This document shows, piece by piece, positions 50,638-60,185 of a DNA stretch of 64,000 nt. Both the position numbers and the translations under genes were made by a program. The DNA is from Nostoc sp. DedSLP01. Its GTDB lineage: Bacteria > Cyanobacteriota > Cyanobacteriia > Cyanobacteriales > Nostocaceae. Each line of letters starts with the position of its first letter. Position 1 is the first letter of the stretch. The stretch is from NCBI GenBank assembly GCA_034530875.2, contig JAVRCJ020000031.1, positions 1 to 64,000 on the forward strand, written 5' to 3'. A model generated the notes under the pieces. The model made no database searches and was not told the DNA's origin. It saw only the letters and a program-made list of their open reading frames with translations.

Positions 50638-51339
50638 TTATTCTTGCCAGTTTACTTTTACAAAATGCGCTTCACGTCCCCAAACGTCGCGTGTACGGAC
50701 GATGTTTTCAATTGCTAGGTTAAAAGGAATGGCTGTTGTTAAGTAACGCTGTGCCATAGAACCTAAATCAGGTGCGAGTTCAGCGGCTGTAGTGGCGGCT
50801 AAGCCCAAACCTATAAGTTGCTCGATTGGTCGGAATGGTAGCAATAGATGCACGCCTACAGCTAATCCAGCAGTTAAAAACATTGCTACTGAGAGATTTG
50901 TGCCACAACGGGGATGTACGGCCAAATCCCATTCTCCACTGGTCAGGCGCTGTCGGGCAACTATGACTGCACGTCGCAAATCACTAATATTGACTTCACC
51001 GTAGAGGTAAAATCCCAGCTCCGTAGATAAACCGCCTAATAGTTCGTTATCTAGCTGAAGTTTATTAGGTTCCCTTGTGGTGTTATATGCATTATTTGAT
51101 TCGCTCAAAACCCATACAGTGGCATGTTCTAAAGCGTGAACTTGCCGTAGCATTAAAATTTCTTTCAATCCTGGAACGAACGACAGCTGCCTAAGCAAGT
51201 CAGCATCTTGTGTGGAATGCGGAAAGTCTAAGGATTGAGATTCTGAAGTTGGAACTTTCCCCGACACAGGTGTTGTCAAATCAAAGTTGAAAAAATTAAA
51301 GGGAAAAGAGCCACCTTGAAAAGAAGCAGAAGTATTCAT
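50638..51339 (-). CDS. Conserved hypothetical protein (DUF6391-like)
   Basis: RQVHALEHAT, GFYLYG and LAVHPRCGTN; ATG 51339 preferred. Confidence 0.7.
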   Translation of the reverse strand: MNTSASFQGGSFPFNFFNFDLTTPVSGKVPTSESQSLDFPHSTQDADLLRQLSFVPGLKEILMLRQVHALEHATVWVLSESNNAYNTTREPNKLQLDNELLGGLSTELGFYLYGEVNISDLRRAVIVARQRLTSGEWDLAVHPRCGTNLSVAMFLTAGLAVGVHLLLPFRPIEQLIGLGLAATTAAELAPDLGSMAQRYLTTAIPFNLAIENIVRTRDVWGREAHFVKVNWQE

Positions 51340-51753
51340 TGGAACACTACTCTCCAAACCGATGGAGCAACATAGATTTTTATCAAATGTAACGCTTGCA
51401 CTACTGAATTGTTGCAAATTTTTGTTATTGGAGGGGGGAAGAGGCAAAGGGGTAGAGGAGAAGTTGCAGTAAGCGTTTCTCCTTTTCCTTTGTCTCCTTG
51501 TCCTCTTCCCAATGCCCTAGTCCCTAATGTTGTGCTGAATTTGCAGAGAAATTCCGATTCTTGATAGTTTCCGAGTCCGGAGGATCGGCTGGCTACATTC
51601 ATATAAATTCCAGCTGAGTTAAGGACTCGGAACTTTTGGTAGAGTGTTCACGCTGAAACGAAGGTGTGAGGAGAAAAACAATCAGTCAAGCTCAATGATT
51701 GGCTTCTTGAGCATACTACACCAGAATCAATGCTGTTGCTTCAAGTCAATTAT

Positions 51754-52017
51754 TTATTCGATCTGCTCAGGCAGAGGACAGCAATTGACATCATTCAAAC
51801 AGACTTTGCCCCACTGTAAAGCCCAGCGGACAAGAGCCACTCGATTTTCTGTCTCGGTCTTAGTGAGAATGTTGCTGATATGGTTATCAACTGTACGCTT
51901 GCTAATTTCCAGTTTGACTGCAATCTCTTGGTTAGTTAAGCCAGCGGCCACTAAGTCGATTATTTGCAGCTCTCTGTCTGACAGACTAACAGGGGTCTCA
52001 GACTTGCCACCAGCCAT
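51754..52017 (-). CDS. pedR: Small LuxR-type regulator, PedR-like
   Basis: LSDRELQII..GLTNQEIA..ISKRTVDNHISNIL; C-terminal VC...CC cysteines. Confidence 0.8.
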   Translation of the reverse strand: MAGGKSETPVSLSDRELQIIDLVAAGLTNQEIAVKLEISKRTVDNHISNILTKTETENRVALVRWALQWGKVCLNDVNCCPLPEQIE

Positions 52018-52381
52018 GACTATTTCTATCCTCCCTTGGTATATGTACTTAATCATCCTTTCTAATTCTAGAAGATTCTTTTGTTAGTAGGGGTTTCAAC
52101 TTGTTAGCAGTAATACGATTGTCAATATTTTTTTTCGATTTCAATTTGCATTAATCTAATTAATAAAAATTAAATGTAAAAAATGTGACATTTTTAAGAG
52201 TAAAAAAGCAGTTATATTACTTAAATAAATTTAGTGCATATTAGAGCGATATATATGTTATGAGAGTACTAAAAATTGCTATTTCATTCTATGAAGGACT
52301 GGCGACAGATTAGCAAAAACTATTGTAGATTTTATACTGGAAATTTTTAATCCAAAATCACAACCTCAAATCTAAAATGAA

Positions 52382-53359
52382 ATGAGCAATCCCCGTGTTT
52401 TGTGCCTTGGCGAGATTTTGTTTGATTGTTTAGCCGACCAATTGGGGCTAAAGCTGGAAGAGGTGAAATCTTGGACTCCCTATCCAGGAGGAGCGCCAGC
52501 TAATGTGGCCTGTGCTTTAATCAAACTGGGAACGCCAACTGCGTTTATTGGCGCTGTTGGGGAAGATGAACCAGGAAATGCACTGGTAAAGCTATTACAA
52601 GATGTGGGTGTAGACACGACAGGGGTGCAACGCCATCCTACAGCACCAACACGGCAAGTTTATGTGACGCGGGATCTGGCTGGCGATCGCACTTTCGCTG
52701 GATTTGGTCAGTATGATACCTCTGAATTTGCCGATACTCGCCTTATTGCTAAACAATTACCAGATTCACTGTTTCAAGAGGCAGATTTTCTGGTTTTAGG
52801 TACTTTGGAATTAGCCTATCCTGAAAGCGAACAGGCAATTTACCGCGCCCTAGAACTAGCAGAACAATACGACTTGAAGATTGTGCTGGATGTCAACTGG
52901 CGTCCTGTATTTTGGCACGATCCAAATATCGCTCATCAAAAAATTCCAGAATTATTTAATAAAGTCGATTTCCTCAAACTTTCCAAAGAAGAAGCTGAAT
53001 GGTTATTTGAAACCACAGATCCGGGAGCCATTACTTACCGTCTAGCTTCTATTGAAGGAGTACTAGTCACAGATGGAGAAAACGGTTGTAGCTATTGTCT
53101 AGGTGAGAATGAAGGCAAATTACCTTCGTTTTCCATTCCTGTAGTTGATACAACCGGTGCAGGGGATAGCTTTTTAGCGGGATTCATCCACCAATTGAGC
53201 CAGCATGGTATCCATAGCTTGCAAGATGCACAAACAGCAAAACGCATTGTCACTTATGCCAGTGCTGTTGGGGCACTGACTACCATTAAACCAGGTGCGA
53301 TCGCCTCTCAACCTACGGCTGCTGAAGTCGAAGCTTTTTTAGCCACACATCAACTTTAG
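52382..53359 (+). CDS. PfkB-family carbohydrate kinase
   Basis: GGAPANVA, DVNWR and DTTGAGDSF. Confidence 0.93.
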   Translation: MSNPRVLCLGEILFDCLADQLGLKLEEVKSWTPYPGGAPANVACALIKLGTPTAFIGAVGEDEPGNALVKLLQDVGVDTTGVQRHPTAPTRQVYVTRDLAGDRTFAGFGQYDTSEFADTRLIAKQLPDSLFQEADFLVLGTLELAYPESEQAIYRALELAEQYDLKIVLDVNWRPVFWHDPNIAHQKIPELFNKVDFLKLSKEEAEWLFETTDPGAITYRLASIEGVLVTDGENGCSYCLGENEGKLPSFSIPVVDTTGAGDSFLAGFIHQLSQHGIHSLQDAQTAKRIVTYASAVGALTTIKPGAIASQPTAAEVEAFLATHQL

Positions 53360-53730
53360 GAACTAGCAGCGCAAGCCAAAAGTCAAAATTAACAGGGAAC
53401 AAAGAACAGGCAGCAAGCGACAGTTTAATACTCCCTAATCCAATAATGGGGATTTTTATAAGGGCGTATTGTCTCGAACAGTTCAGATGTTTGAAGACAA
53501 GCCGCCCTTGCGTTCTCTATAGAGAAAACCATCGCTTTGCTTTTCGCTTTTTCTCAGCATCAGGTCTGGAAAAAATTTTTTATCTTGTTCGTAAATAATG
53601 GTGCTTTACCAAATATTTGGACAAGTTTTTCAAGTTGTTTACTGTTACTTGCTGTATTCTAATTTACTAATTTTGCTGTAAGTTTTTTAGAAAGCTATCT
53701 TAGAATTGTCGGTTGCTAAAATTGGAATTA

Positions 53731-55197
53731 ATGAATGAACAGGCGAAAGCAATACTAGTTGGTTGGTGCAGTTCAATGGATTTGCCCCAATCCCAAGATT
53801 TGACCCTCAAGTTTGAGTGGATTCAAGTTGATACTTCAACCTTATCTAATAAAGATTTTGATGTTGTTGTACTCGACATTAAAACTTTTGAAAACCTAGA
53901 GCAAGTCAAGTCTAGATACACCAATATTGGTTTACCGACAGTAGTTTTGATAGATACGATTGAGCAAGAATCTAATACCCTTAGTTGGCTGGAAGCAGGA
54001 GATGAGACGTGTCTACGCGATGCAATTTATGGGCAAATAGGTCTGCGTTTGCAGCGTGCTATATCCTACAACAAGCAAAAGCATTTATTAAACCTTGATA
54101 AGCTAACGGGAATCGCTAGTATTCGTAAATTTAACGATTATGCGATTGAGCTTTTAAACTCTAAGGAAGATGTAGAACTTGTATGTTTGATTTACCTGGA
54201 TATTGACCGTTTCAAGTTTATTAACGACGCTTACGGTCATATTGCAGGCGATCGCATATTGGAGGCATTTGGCCAGATTCTCCAAAAGTACTCGCTAGGA
54301 GCAACCATTGTCGCTCGTACAGGTGGTGATAAATTCGCTATTTGTATGCGTGGCAATATAGAACAGGGAAAAGCCTTTGCAGAATTTCTCAGGACTCAGA
54401 TCGAGACTTATGAATTCAAGCTGAACGAACAGTCTTACGTTCATATCACAGCTTCCTTGGGGGTAGCGCCGATGACCGGACACTCATCTATTGAGCAACT
54501 ATGGCAGGAAATCAATCAATGTGTTTATGCTGCCAAGCAAAAAGGACGCAACCAAGTTGTGACCACTGAAGAATTTGATGCTATTGCAGACGCTTCTGGA
54601 CAAGACAAGCTAATCACTGATTTTGAGCATCGAATTCGCGTAACTGCGGAACGAATGATTAATGAAATGGTGCTTAAGGCAAGTCGTCTAGCTAAGAAGT
54701 ACCGAGCAGAAGCAGAACGCGATGGTTTGACTGACATTTTCAATCGGCGCTATCTCGACAGATTGCTACCACGCGAAATAGAAAAGTCTCAAAAATATCA
54801 GCAACCACTCACAATCGTACTCCTCGACTTAGATCGTTTCGGTGAAGTGAATCGAACCTACGGCTTCCCAACTGGCGATTTAGCTCTCAAAACTGCCGCA
54901 GAAATATTTAAAAATAACGTCAGGGCTGTGGATTGGGTTACACGGTATGGTGGAGAGGAGTTTTGTATTGTCATGTCCGATACTGGCTTGAATACAGGGT
55001 TTCAGATAGCTGAACGAATTCGCCTAGCTCTAAGTGAGGAAATCCTCACAGCTTACAACGGTCAAAAGTTTCAGCTGACTACCAGCATTGGAGTTGTCGA
55101 ATTCATACCAGAAGATAGTCCTGTGTCTTTATTGCAGCGTGCTAGCGACAAAGTTCGAGAGGCGAAAAAGAACGGACGCAATCAAACTCGGTTCTGA
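53731..55197 (+). CDS. Diguanylate cyclase with two GGDEF domains
   Basis: First domain GGDKF (degenerate); second RAVD..RYGGEEF; receiver-like N-terminus. Confidence 0.85.
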   Translation: MNEQAKAILVGWCSSMDLPQSQDLTLKFEWIQVDTSTLSNKDFDVVVLDIKTFENLEQVKSRYTNIGLPTVVLIDTIEQESNTLSWLEAGDETCLRDAIYGQIGLRLQRAISYNKQKHLLNLDKLTGIASIRKFNDYAIELLNSKEDVELVCLIYLDIDRFKFINDAYGHIAGDRILEAFGQILQKYSLGATIVARTGGDKFAICMRGNIEQGKAFAEFLRTQIETYEFKLNEQSYVHITASLGVAPMTGHSSIEQLWQEINQCVYAAKQKGRNQVVTTEEFDAIADASGQDKLITDFEHRIRVTAERMINEMVLKASRLAKKYRAEAERDGLTDIFNRRYLDRLLPREIEKSQKYQQPLTIVLLDLDRFGEVNRTYGFPTGDLALKTAAEIFKNNVRAVDWVTRYGGEEFCIVMSDTGLNTGFQIAERIRLALSEEILTAYNGQKFQLTTSIGVVEFIPEDSPVSLLQRASDKVREAKKNGRNQTRF

Positions 55198-55414
55198 AGG
55201 TAATAGGGTTGAGCTAAGTACAGATTTGTATAAAATGGTGGGGAATTGAGGGTTCAAATTTAAACGCAAAGTACCACAGAGGTAAGCGCATAGGCGCTTC
55301 GCCTTCCCGCAGGGTAGGGACGCAGAGAGTTCGCTAGGAATTCATGAAATGCTGTACTTAGCAAATTGATATCTCAAAGCGGGTAAGGAAAGCAGCGAGA
55401 GAATATGGAGAATG

Positions 55415-56080
55415 TTACCGTTGCCATAGAGTGTCAACAGTGACAAATTCATAGCCTTGTTGGAGCAGTTGAGGAATGAGAATTTCGATTGTGGCAGCAA
55501 CATCTTGTCCGCCACAAACACCATCGTGTAAGACAATTAGGGAACCATTTTTGACTTGCTGCATAACTCGCTTGACGACGGTATTCACGCCTGGGCGTAC
55601 CCAGTCTTCTGGTACAACGCTCCACATCACTGGGCGGTAATTCCACTGAGAAAATAATTTTAAAGTAGCAGGTGTGAATAAACCATTGGGCGGACGGACA
55701 TCCCGTACTTGTTCGGGTTGTAGATTGCAGGCATTGTAGATGGCGATTTGGGTTTTTTCTAAACTCTCCTTGAGTTCATTGGGGGAAAGCATGGGAAAAG
55801 AGCGATGATCGTAACCATGCAATCCGATCCAGTGTTGGCGATCGCTAACTGCTTTGGCAATTTCTGGCGAACGGTTAACGCAAACGCCCAACCAAAAAAA
55901 ACTCGCTTTGATATTGTAGCGGTCTAAAACTGCCAAAACTTCTGGCGTGTATTGAGGATGAGGCCCATCATCGAATGTTAAAGCGATCGCTTTGGTATGG
56001 GGATTGCCAACCCAAAGGCAATTGGGAAAACTCGGCTGAAGAATCCGGTAGAAAATTGGGAACAGAGGAGCTAGCTGCAT
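55415..56080 (-). CDS. Polysaccharide deacetylase (NodB-like)
   Basis: LTFDDGP, HGYDH, RPPNG, DW and IVLHD. Confidence 0.92.
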   Translation of the reverse strand: MQLAPLFPIFYRILQPSFPNCLWVGNPHTKAIALTFDDGPHPQYTPEVLAVLDRYNIKASFFWLGVCVNRSPEIAKAVSDRQHWIGLHGYDHRSFPMLSPNELKESLEKTQIAIYNACNLQPEQVRDVRPPNGLFTPATLKLFSQWNYRPVMWSVVPEDWVRPGVNTVVKRVMQQVKNGSLIVLHDGVCGGQDVAATIEILIPQLLQQGYEFVTVDTLWQR

Positions 56081-56231
56081 TTTACTTTTTTTTGCTGCTG
56101 AAAACTTTTTGTAGGTGTTGCTGGCGAAATCGCCATATTTGCGACTGACTACACCTATGTTTCCGACGATAAAGCATATTTTGTTAAATGGTGTTAATCT
56201 CCAAAACTCGAAAAGCGAGAGTTTTTAGACT

Positions 56232-56326
56232 TATACTAAGTTGCGTTCAGAAATAGTATTCCTATTCCCCACTCCCTACTCCCTACTCCCAGCCCAAGTT
56301 ACTATCTTTGATTGCAACTTGGTATT
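56232..56326. mobile_element. MITE-like element with terminal inverted repeats and internal STRR
   Basis: atactaagttgc ... gcaacttggtat (1 mismatch), with internal (ctcccta)n. Confidence 0.45.
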
Positions 56327-56428
56327 AGTGCTTTATTTTGTAACAAAATCTGTAACAGCAATATTATTTGAGCTAACACTCGTCTAAATTGATGAGAAAT
56401 CTAGGGGGAATCCCTGAATTAACGGATA

Positions 56429-57361
56429 ATGTTGCTCAAAGATATACGAGACTATCAAATTCTATTTCTCGCCTCTTTCCTAGTCTTGGGAATAGGTACG
56501 CGAGACTGGACGCTGCGGCCAGAGTTAATTGCAGTAGCGATCGCCACAAGTCTTTCAACTCAATTGGTATTGTCATTAGTCTTCTCTTACAAAGTTCCGA
56601 TCGGAGGAAACCTCCGCTCAGACTTTGCGCTTAGTCATTGGTCATTGGCAAACAACAAAGGACAAATGACAGATGACAAAAAACAAAACCTAAATCTTCG
56701 CAGTGCCTTAATTACCTCTTTGGGACTCAGCTTGCTGTTACGGGCTGACCATTGGACAACAATGGCGATCGCAGTAGCAAGTGCGATCGCCAGTAAATTT
56801 ATCTTCCGATTTGGCGATAAGCATTTCTTTAATCCCGGCAATTTTGGCATTATTTCTGCCTTGATTCTCACCCGCGATGCTTGGGTTTCACCAGGACAGT
56901 GGGGTGAGGAGTGGTGGTATGGGCTAATATTTGCGGGTACTGGCGGTATGGTTTTACAACGAATTGGTCGCTGGGACACCACAGCCGCTTTTTTGGGCGC
57001 ATACTCCCTGCTAGAAGCGGTTCGCAATTTCTGGCTGGGTTGGACTTGGGATGTTTATTGGCATCGATTGATGAGTGGGTCTTTACTGCTGTTTGCCTTA
57101 TTTATGATTACCGATCCGCGATCGATTCCCAATTCGCGAATTGGGCGTATAGTTTGGGCAATCTGCATCGCTGGATTAACTTTTATTCTCCGGAATTATT
57201 TCTTTATTTCCACCGCAGTTTTTTGGGCGCTTTTCGTTCTTGCACCATTAACCGTCCTGTTGGATTTCCTGTGGTTAGCCCCGAGGTTTTCTTGGCAAAA
57301 GGTAGATGAAGCAGCAGGGGAGAACTCTTATAACTCCTCACTCTTAACTCCTAACTCATAA
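56429..57361 (+). CDS. RnfD/NqrB-like membrane protein
   Basis: SALITSLGLSLLL, KHFFNPGNFG and FMITDPRS. Confidence 0.75.
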   Translation: MLLKDIRDYQILFLASFLVLGIGTRDWTLRPELIAVAIATSLSTQLVLSLVFSYKVPIGGNLRSDFALSHWSLANNKGQMTDDKKQNLNLRSALITSLGLSLLLRADHWTTMAIAVASAIASKFIFRFGDKHFFNPGNFGIISALILTRDAWVSPGQWGEEWWYGLIFAGTGGMVLQRIGRWDTTAAFLGAYSLLEAVRNFWLGWTWDVYWHRLMSGSLLLFALFMITDPRSIPNSRIGRIVWAICIAGLTFILRNYFFISTAVFWALFVLAPLTVLLDFLWLAPRFSWQKVDEAAGENSYNSSLLTPNS

Positions 57362-57383
57362 CTTAAAAATACAGAGGTATAAA

Positions 57384-58763
57384 ATGAAATTTTTTCGACT
57401 TTTAACGCCATTATTGTTGGCAATTGTTGTTTTTTTCTGTTTTACACCGACAGCTTGGGCATTTTGTGGATTTTATGTAGCCAAAGCCGATACAAAGCTT
57501 TATAACAAAACGTCTCAGGTAGCGATCGCCCGGGATGGCGATCGGACTGTCCTGACAATGGCAAACGATTTTCAAGGCGAAGTTAAAGATTTTGCAATGG
57601 TTGTACCAGTACCAACGGTACTGAAAAAAGAGCAAGTCCGCGTGGCTGAACCCAAAATTATCGAACGTTTGGATGCTTTTAGCGCGCCGCGATTAGTAGA
57701 ATATTTTGACTCAGATCCTTGTGCCCCACTTGAAGAATATGACTTACCACAAGCCGCACCCAGACCATCAGCAATGAATGAGTCAGCGGGTGCGAGACGC
57801 GATGATGCTAGCTTGGGTGTGACAGTGGAAGCGCGTTTCAACGTCGGTGAATACGACATCGTGATTCTCAGTGCTAAAGAATCTGGCGGACTGGAAACTT
57901 GGCTGCAACGCAATGGCTACAAAATTCCTAGAGGCGCGAAACAGTTACTTAAACCCTACATTCGTTCCTCAATGAAATTCTTTGTTGCGAAAGTCAACTT
58001 AGATAAATTTGAGAAATCTGGCTACCAGTTCCTTCGTCCGCTACAAATTTCTTACCAGTCACCCAAATTCATCCTGCCAATTCGTTTGGGCATGATTAAT
58101 GCCACAACAGAACAGGATTTAATTATTTACATTCTCTCCCCCGAGGGACAAACAGAAATCACTAACTACCGCACAGTGAAAATCCCCTCGGATGCCAACA
58201 TTCCCTTATTTGTTAAAGATGAATTTGGTGAATTTTATAAATCTATGTTTCAAACTATCTATACAAAAGAAGACAAGAAAGTTGGCTTTTTGGAATACGC
58301 TTGGGACATGAGTAACTGCGATCCCTGTTCTGCCGATCCCTTAACATCAGAGGAACTCAAGCAAGCAGGCGTATTTTGGCTAGATGATAATTCTGAAAGT
58401 GATGTACCAGCACCCCCGAACTTTCGTCGTCCCTTGCCTAGAAGTAATGTCTTTATCTCTCGCTTACACGTCCGCTATACCCGTAATAAATTCCCAGAAG
58501 ACCTGATATTTCAAGAAACTGGTAATCGCGATTCCTTCCAAGGACGCTATGTTTTGCAACATCCCTTCCAAGGAGAACTCAAGTGTCAAGCGGGTAGAGA
58601 ATATAAGCGTTCTTTGCCCAGACGTTTTGAACAAGAAGCGCAAACTCTAGCTAAGCTAACCAACTGGAATATCCAAGATATTCGTAACAAAATGAAGCTG
58701 AGTACAAGTAATCTAAGATTTTCTTTGTGGGAAAATATTCTGTCTTGGTTGGGACTTTATTAA
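57384..58763 (+). CDS. Exported DUF2330-like protein
   Basis: Signal peptide AWA-FCGFYV, FAMVVPVP, WLQRNGY, PIRLG and CDPC. Confidence 0.8.
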   Translation: MKFFRLLTPLLLAIVVFFCFTPTAWAFCGFYVAKADTKLYNKTSQVAIARDGDRTVLTMANDFQGEVKDFAMVVPVPTVLKKEQVRVAEPKIIERLDAFSAPRLVEYFDSDPCAPLEEYDLPQAAPRPSAMNESAGARRDDASLGVTVEARFNVGEYDIVILSAKESGGLETWLQRNGYKIPRGAKQLLKPYIRSSMKFFVAKVNLDKFEKSGYQFLRPLQISYQSPKFILPIRLGMINATTEQDLIIYILSPEGQTEITNYRTVKIPSDANIPLFVKDEFGEFYKSMFQTIYTKEDKKVGFLEYAWDMSNCDPCSADPLTSEELKQAGVFWLDDNSESDVPAPPNFRRPLPRSNVFISRLHVRYTRNKFPEDLIFQETGNRDSFQGRYVLQHPFQGELKCQAGREYKRSLPRRFEQEAQTLAKLTNWNIQDIRNKMKLSTSNLRFSLWENILSWLGLY

Positions 58764-58767
58764 TAGG

Positions 58768-58912
58768 ATTGGGTATGGGGCAAGCAAGAGGTGTGGGAGG
58801 TGTGGGAAGATGGGGAAGAAATCTTTCCCCCCTCTCCCCCCACACTTCCCCATCTCCTCATCTCCCCCCACACTCCCCACACTTCCCCATCTCCCCACTC
58901 TCTCACCCCATA
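58768..58912. repeat. STRR block
   Basis: gtgtgggag / ccccatctc / cccacact tracts. Confidence 0.8.
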
Positions 58913-58973
58913 TCTCGTGATGAAAGGTAATTTTCTAGGGCGTTGTTATAGGCAATACTAAGATATTCTTGCT

Positions 58974-59642
58974 TTGTTCCTGAAGATTGTCATGTTTCAA
59001 TTCGATGAACAGCTACGCCGCTTAGTTACCGAAGCCTGTGGATACCCACCTGGAAGCCCTCAGCGTCAGAAGCTGCTCACACAAATTATTCGTTTGACAG
59101 CAAGTAGACTCTGGAGGGAAAGCACTCCCTACTATCAAGACGCGCTGCAACAAACTTGGTTGTATTTCTGCCGTAATGTTTGTGAAGGTTTGACAGGCCA
59201 AACTTACGATCCGGCTTATGGTACTGTTATCACGTGGTTGAATGCTTACCTAAAACGTAGACTACAAGACTTTTACCTGAATCAAAACCGGGAACAAGCT
59301 ACAACTGTCCCTCTTAGGGTTCGTCAGTCTACATCTGGTGGAACAGGTGAAACCATCGATCCTGTAGATAACCTCGCGGCTACCCCCGAACCGCCTCCAA
59401 TTTTGGAAGAGTTGGAGATGTGGGCAAAGACGGACTCTAATGGAGAACTACGCAGTACTTACATCAAAGGACGTCCAGATGTGAATTGTCAGCTGCTAAT
59501 TCTCAAACGCCTACCCCCGGAAGTTAGCTGGAGAGAATTGTCTGAGGAGTTCGGGTTGTCAATTCCGACTTTGAGTAGTTTTTATCAGCGCCAGTGTCTA
59601 CCGCGTTTGCGTAAATTCGCTGAATCGGAGGGATTGTTATAG
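58974..59642 (+). CDS. Sigma-70-like (ECF/HetZ-related) DNA-binding protein
   Basis: YQDALQQTWLYFC, TWLNAYL and C-terminal HTH SWRELSEEFGLSIPTLSSFY. Confidence 0.65.
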   Translation: MFLKIVMFQFDEQLRRLVTEACGYPPGSPQRQKLLTQIIRLTASRLWRESTPYYQDALQQTWLYFCRNVCEGLTGQTYDPAYGTVITWLNAYLKRRLQDFYLNQNREQATTVPLRVRQSTSGGTGETIDPVDNLAATPEPPPILEELEMWAKTDSNGELRSTYIKGRPDVNCQLLILKRLPPEVSWRELSEEFGLSIPTLSSFYQRQCLPRLRKFAESEGLL

Positions 59643-59667
59643 GAAAAGGTGGAGATATCCCATATAG

Positions 59668-59779
59668 GGCAATACGCTTGGTTAAAGAATTTATCTGTTC
59701 GGGCAGGCAGAGGAAGCAGAGGAAGCAGAGGAAGCAGAGGAGGCAGAGGGGGAAAAAAGCTTAACTGAACGGTATTGCC
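59668..59779. mobile_element. MITE-like element with imperfect terminal inverted repeats and internal 9-nt repeats
   Basis: ggcaatacgcttggttaa ... ttaactgaacggtattgcc; internal (gcagaggaa)n. Confidence 0.45.
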
Positions 59780-60185
59780 ATATAGGGACAAAAAGTCTTG
59801 TTTCCCTACATATTTACAAATAATTTGGGATAATACTAATTCAAAAAATCTTGGCAACGTATCAAAAATCGATAGAGGCGCAAGGCTTTGCGCCTCTATC
59901 CAATTTATCTGTTTTATTATTTTTACAAATAAATTACATTTATTTTTTTTATTTCTTGTTGATAAATTATTGTCCGTATGCAAGCGATCGCTAGCTGAAA
60001 GCTTCAACAACACAAAGCTCAGACAAATATCGCTGTAAAAATAAAACTTAAATCTAGCTTTAATAAATAAGATTCTAAAAGCTCAGTAATGAGCTATGGA
60101 TGCAAATGGTACCATTACTTTGTTAGTCCAACTACCTACAGCTAATGCTGTAGTTGGTAATTATCATCTGCCTCTTGCCAGACCC

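Noticed and set aside
58951..58959. SigJ-type promoter-like GGCAATACT
   Set aside because: A single imperfect 9-mer, not supportable without TSS data
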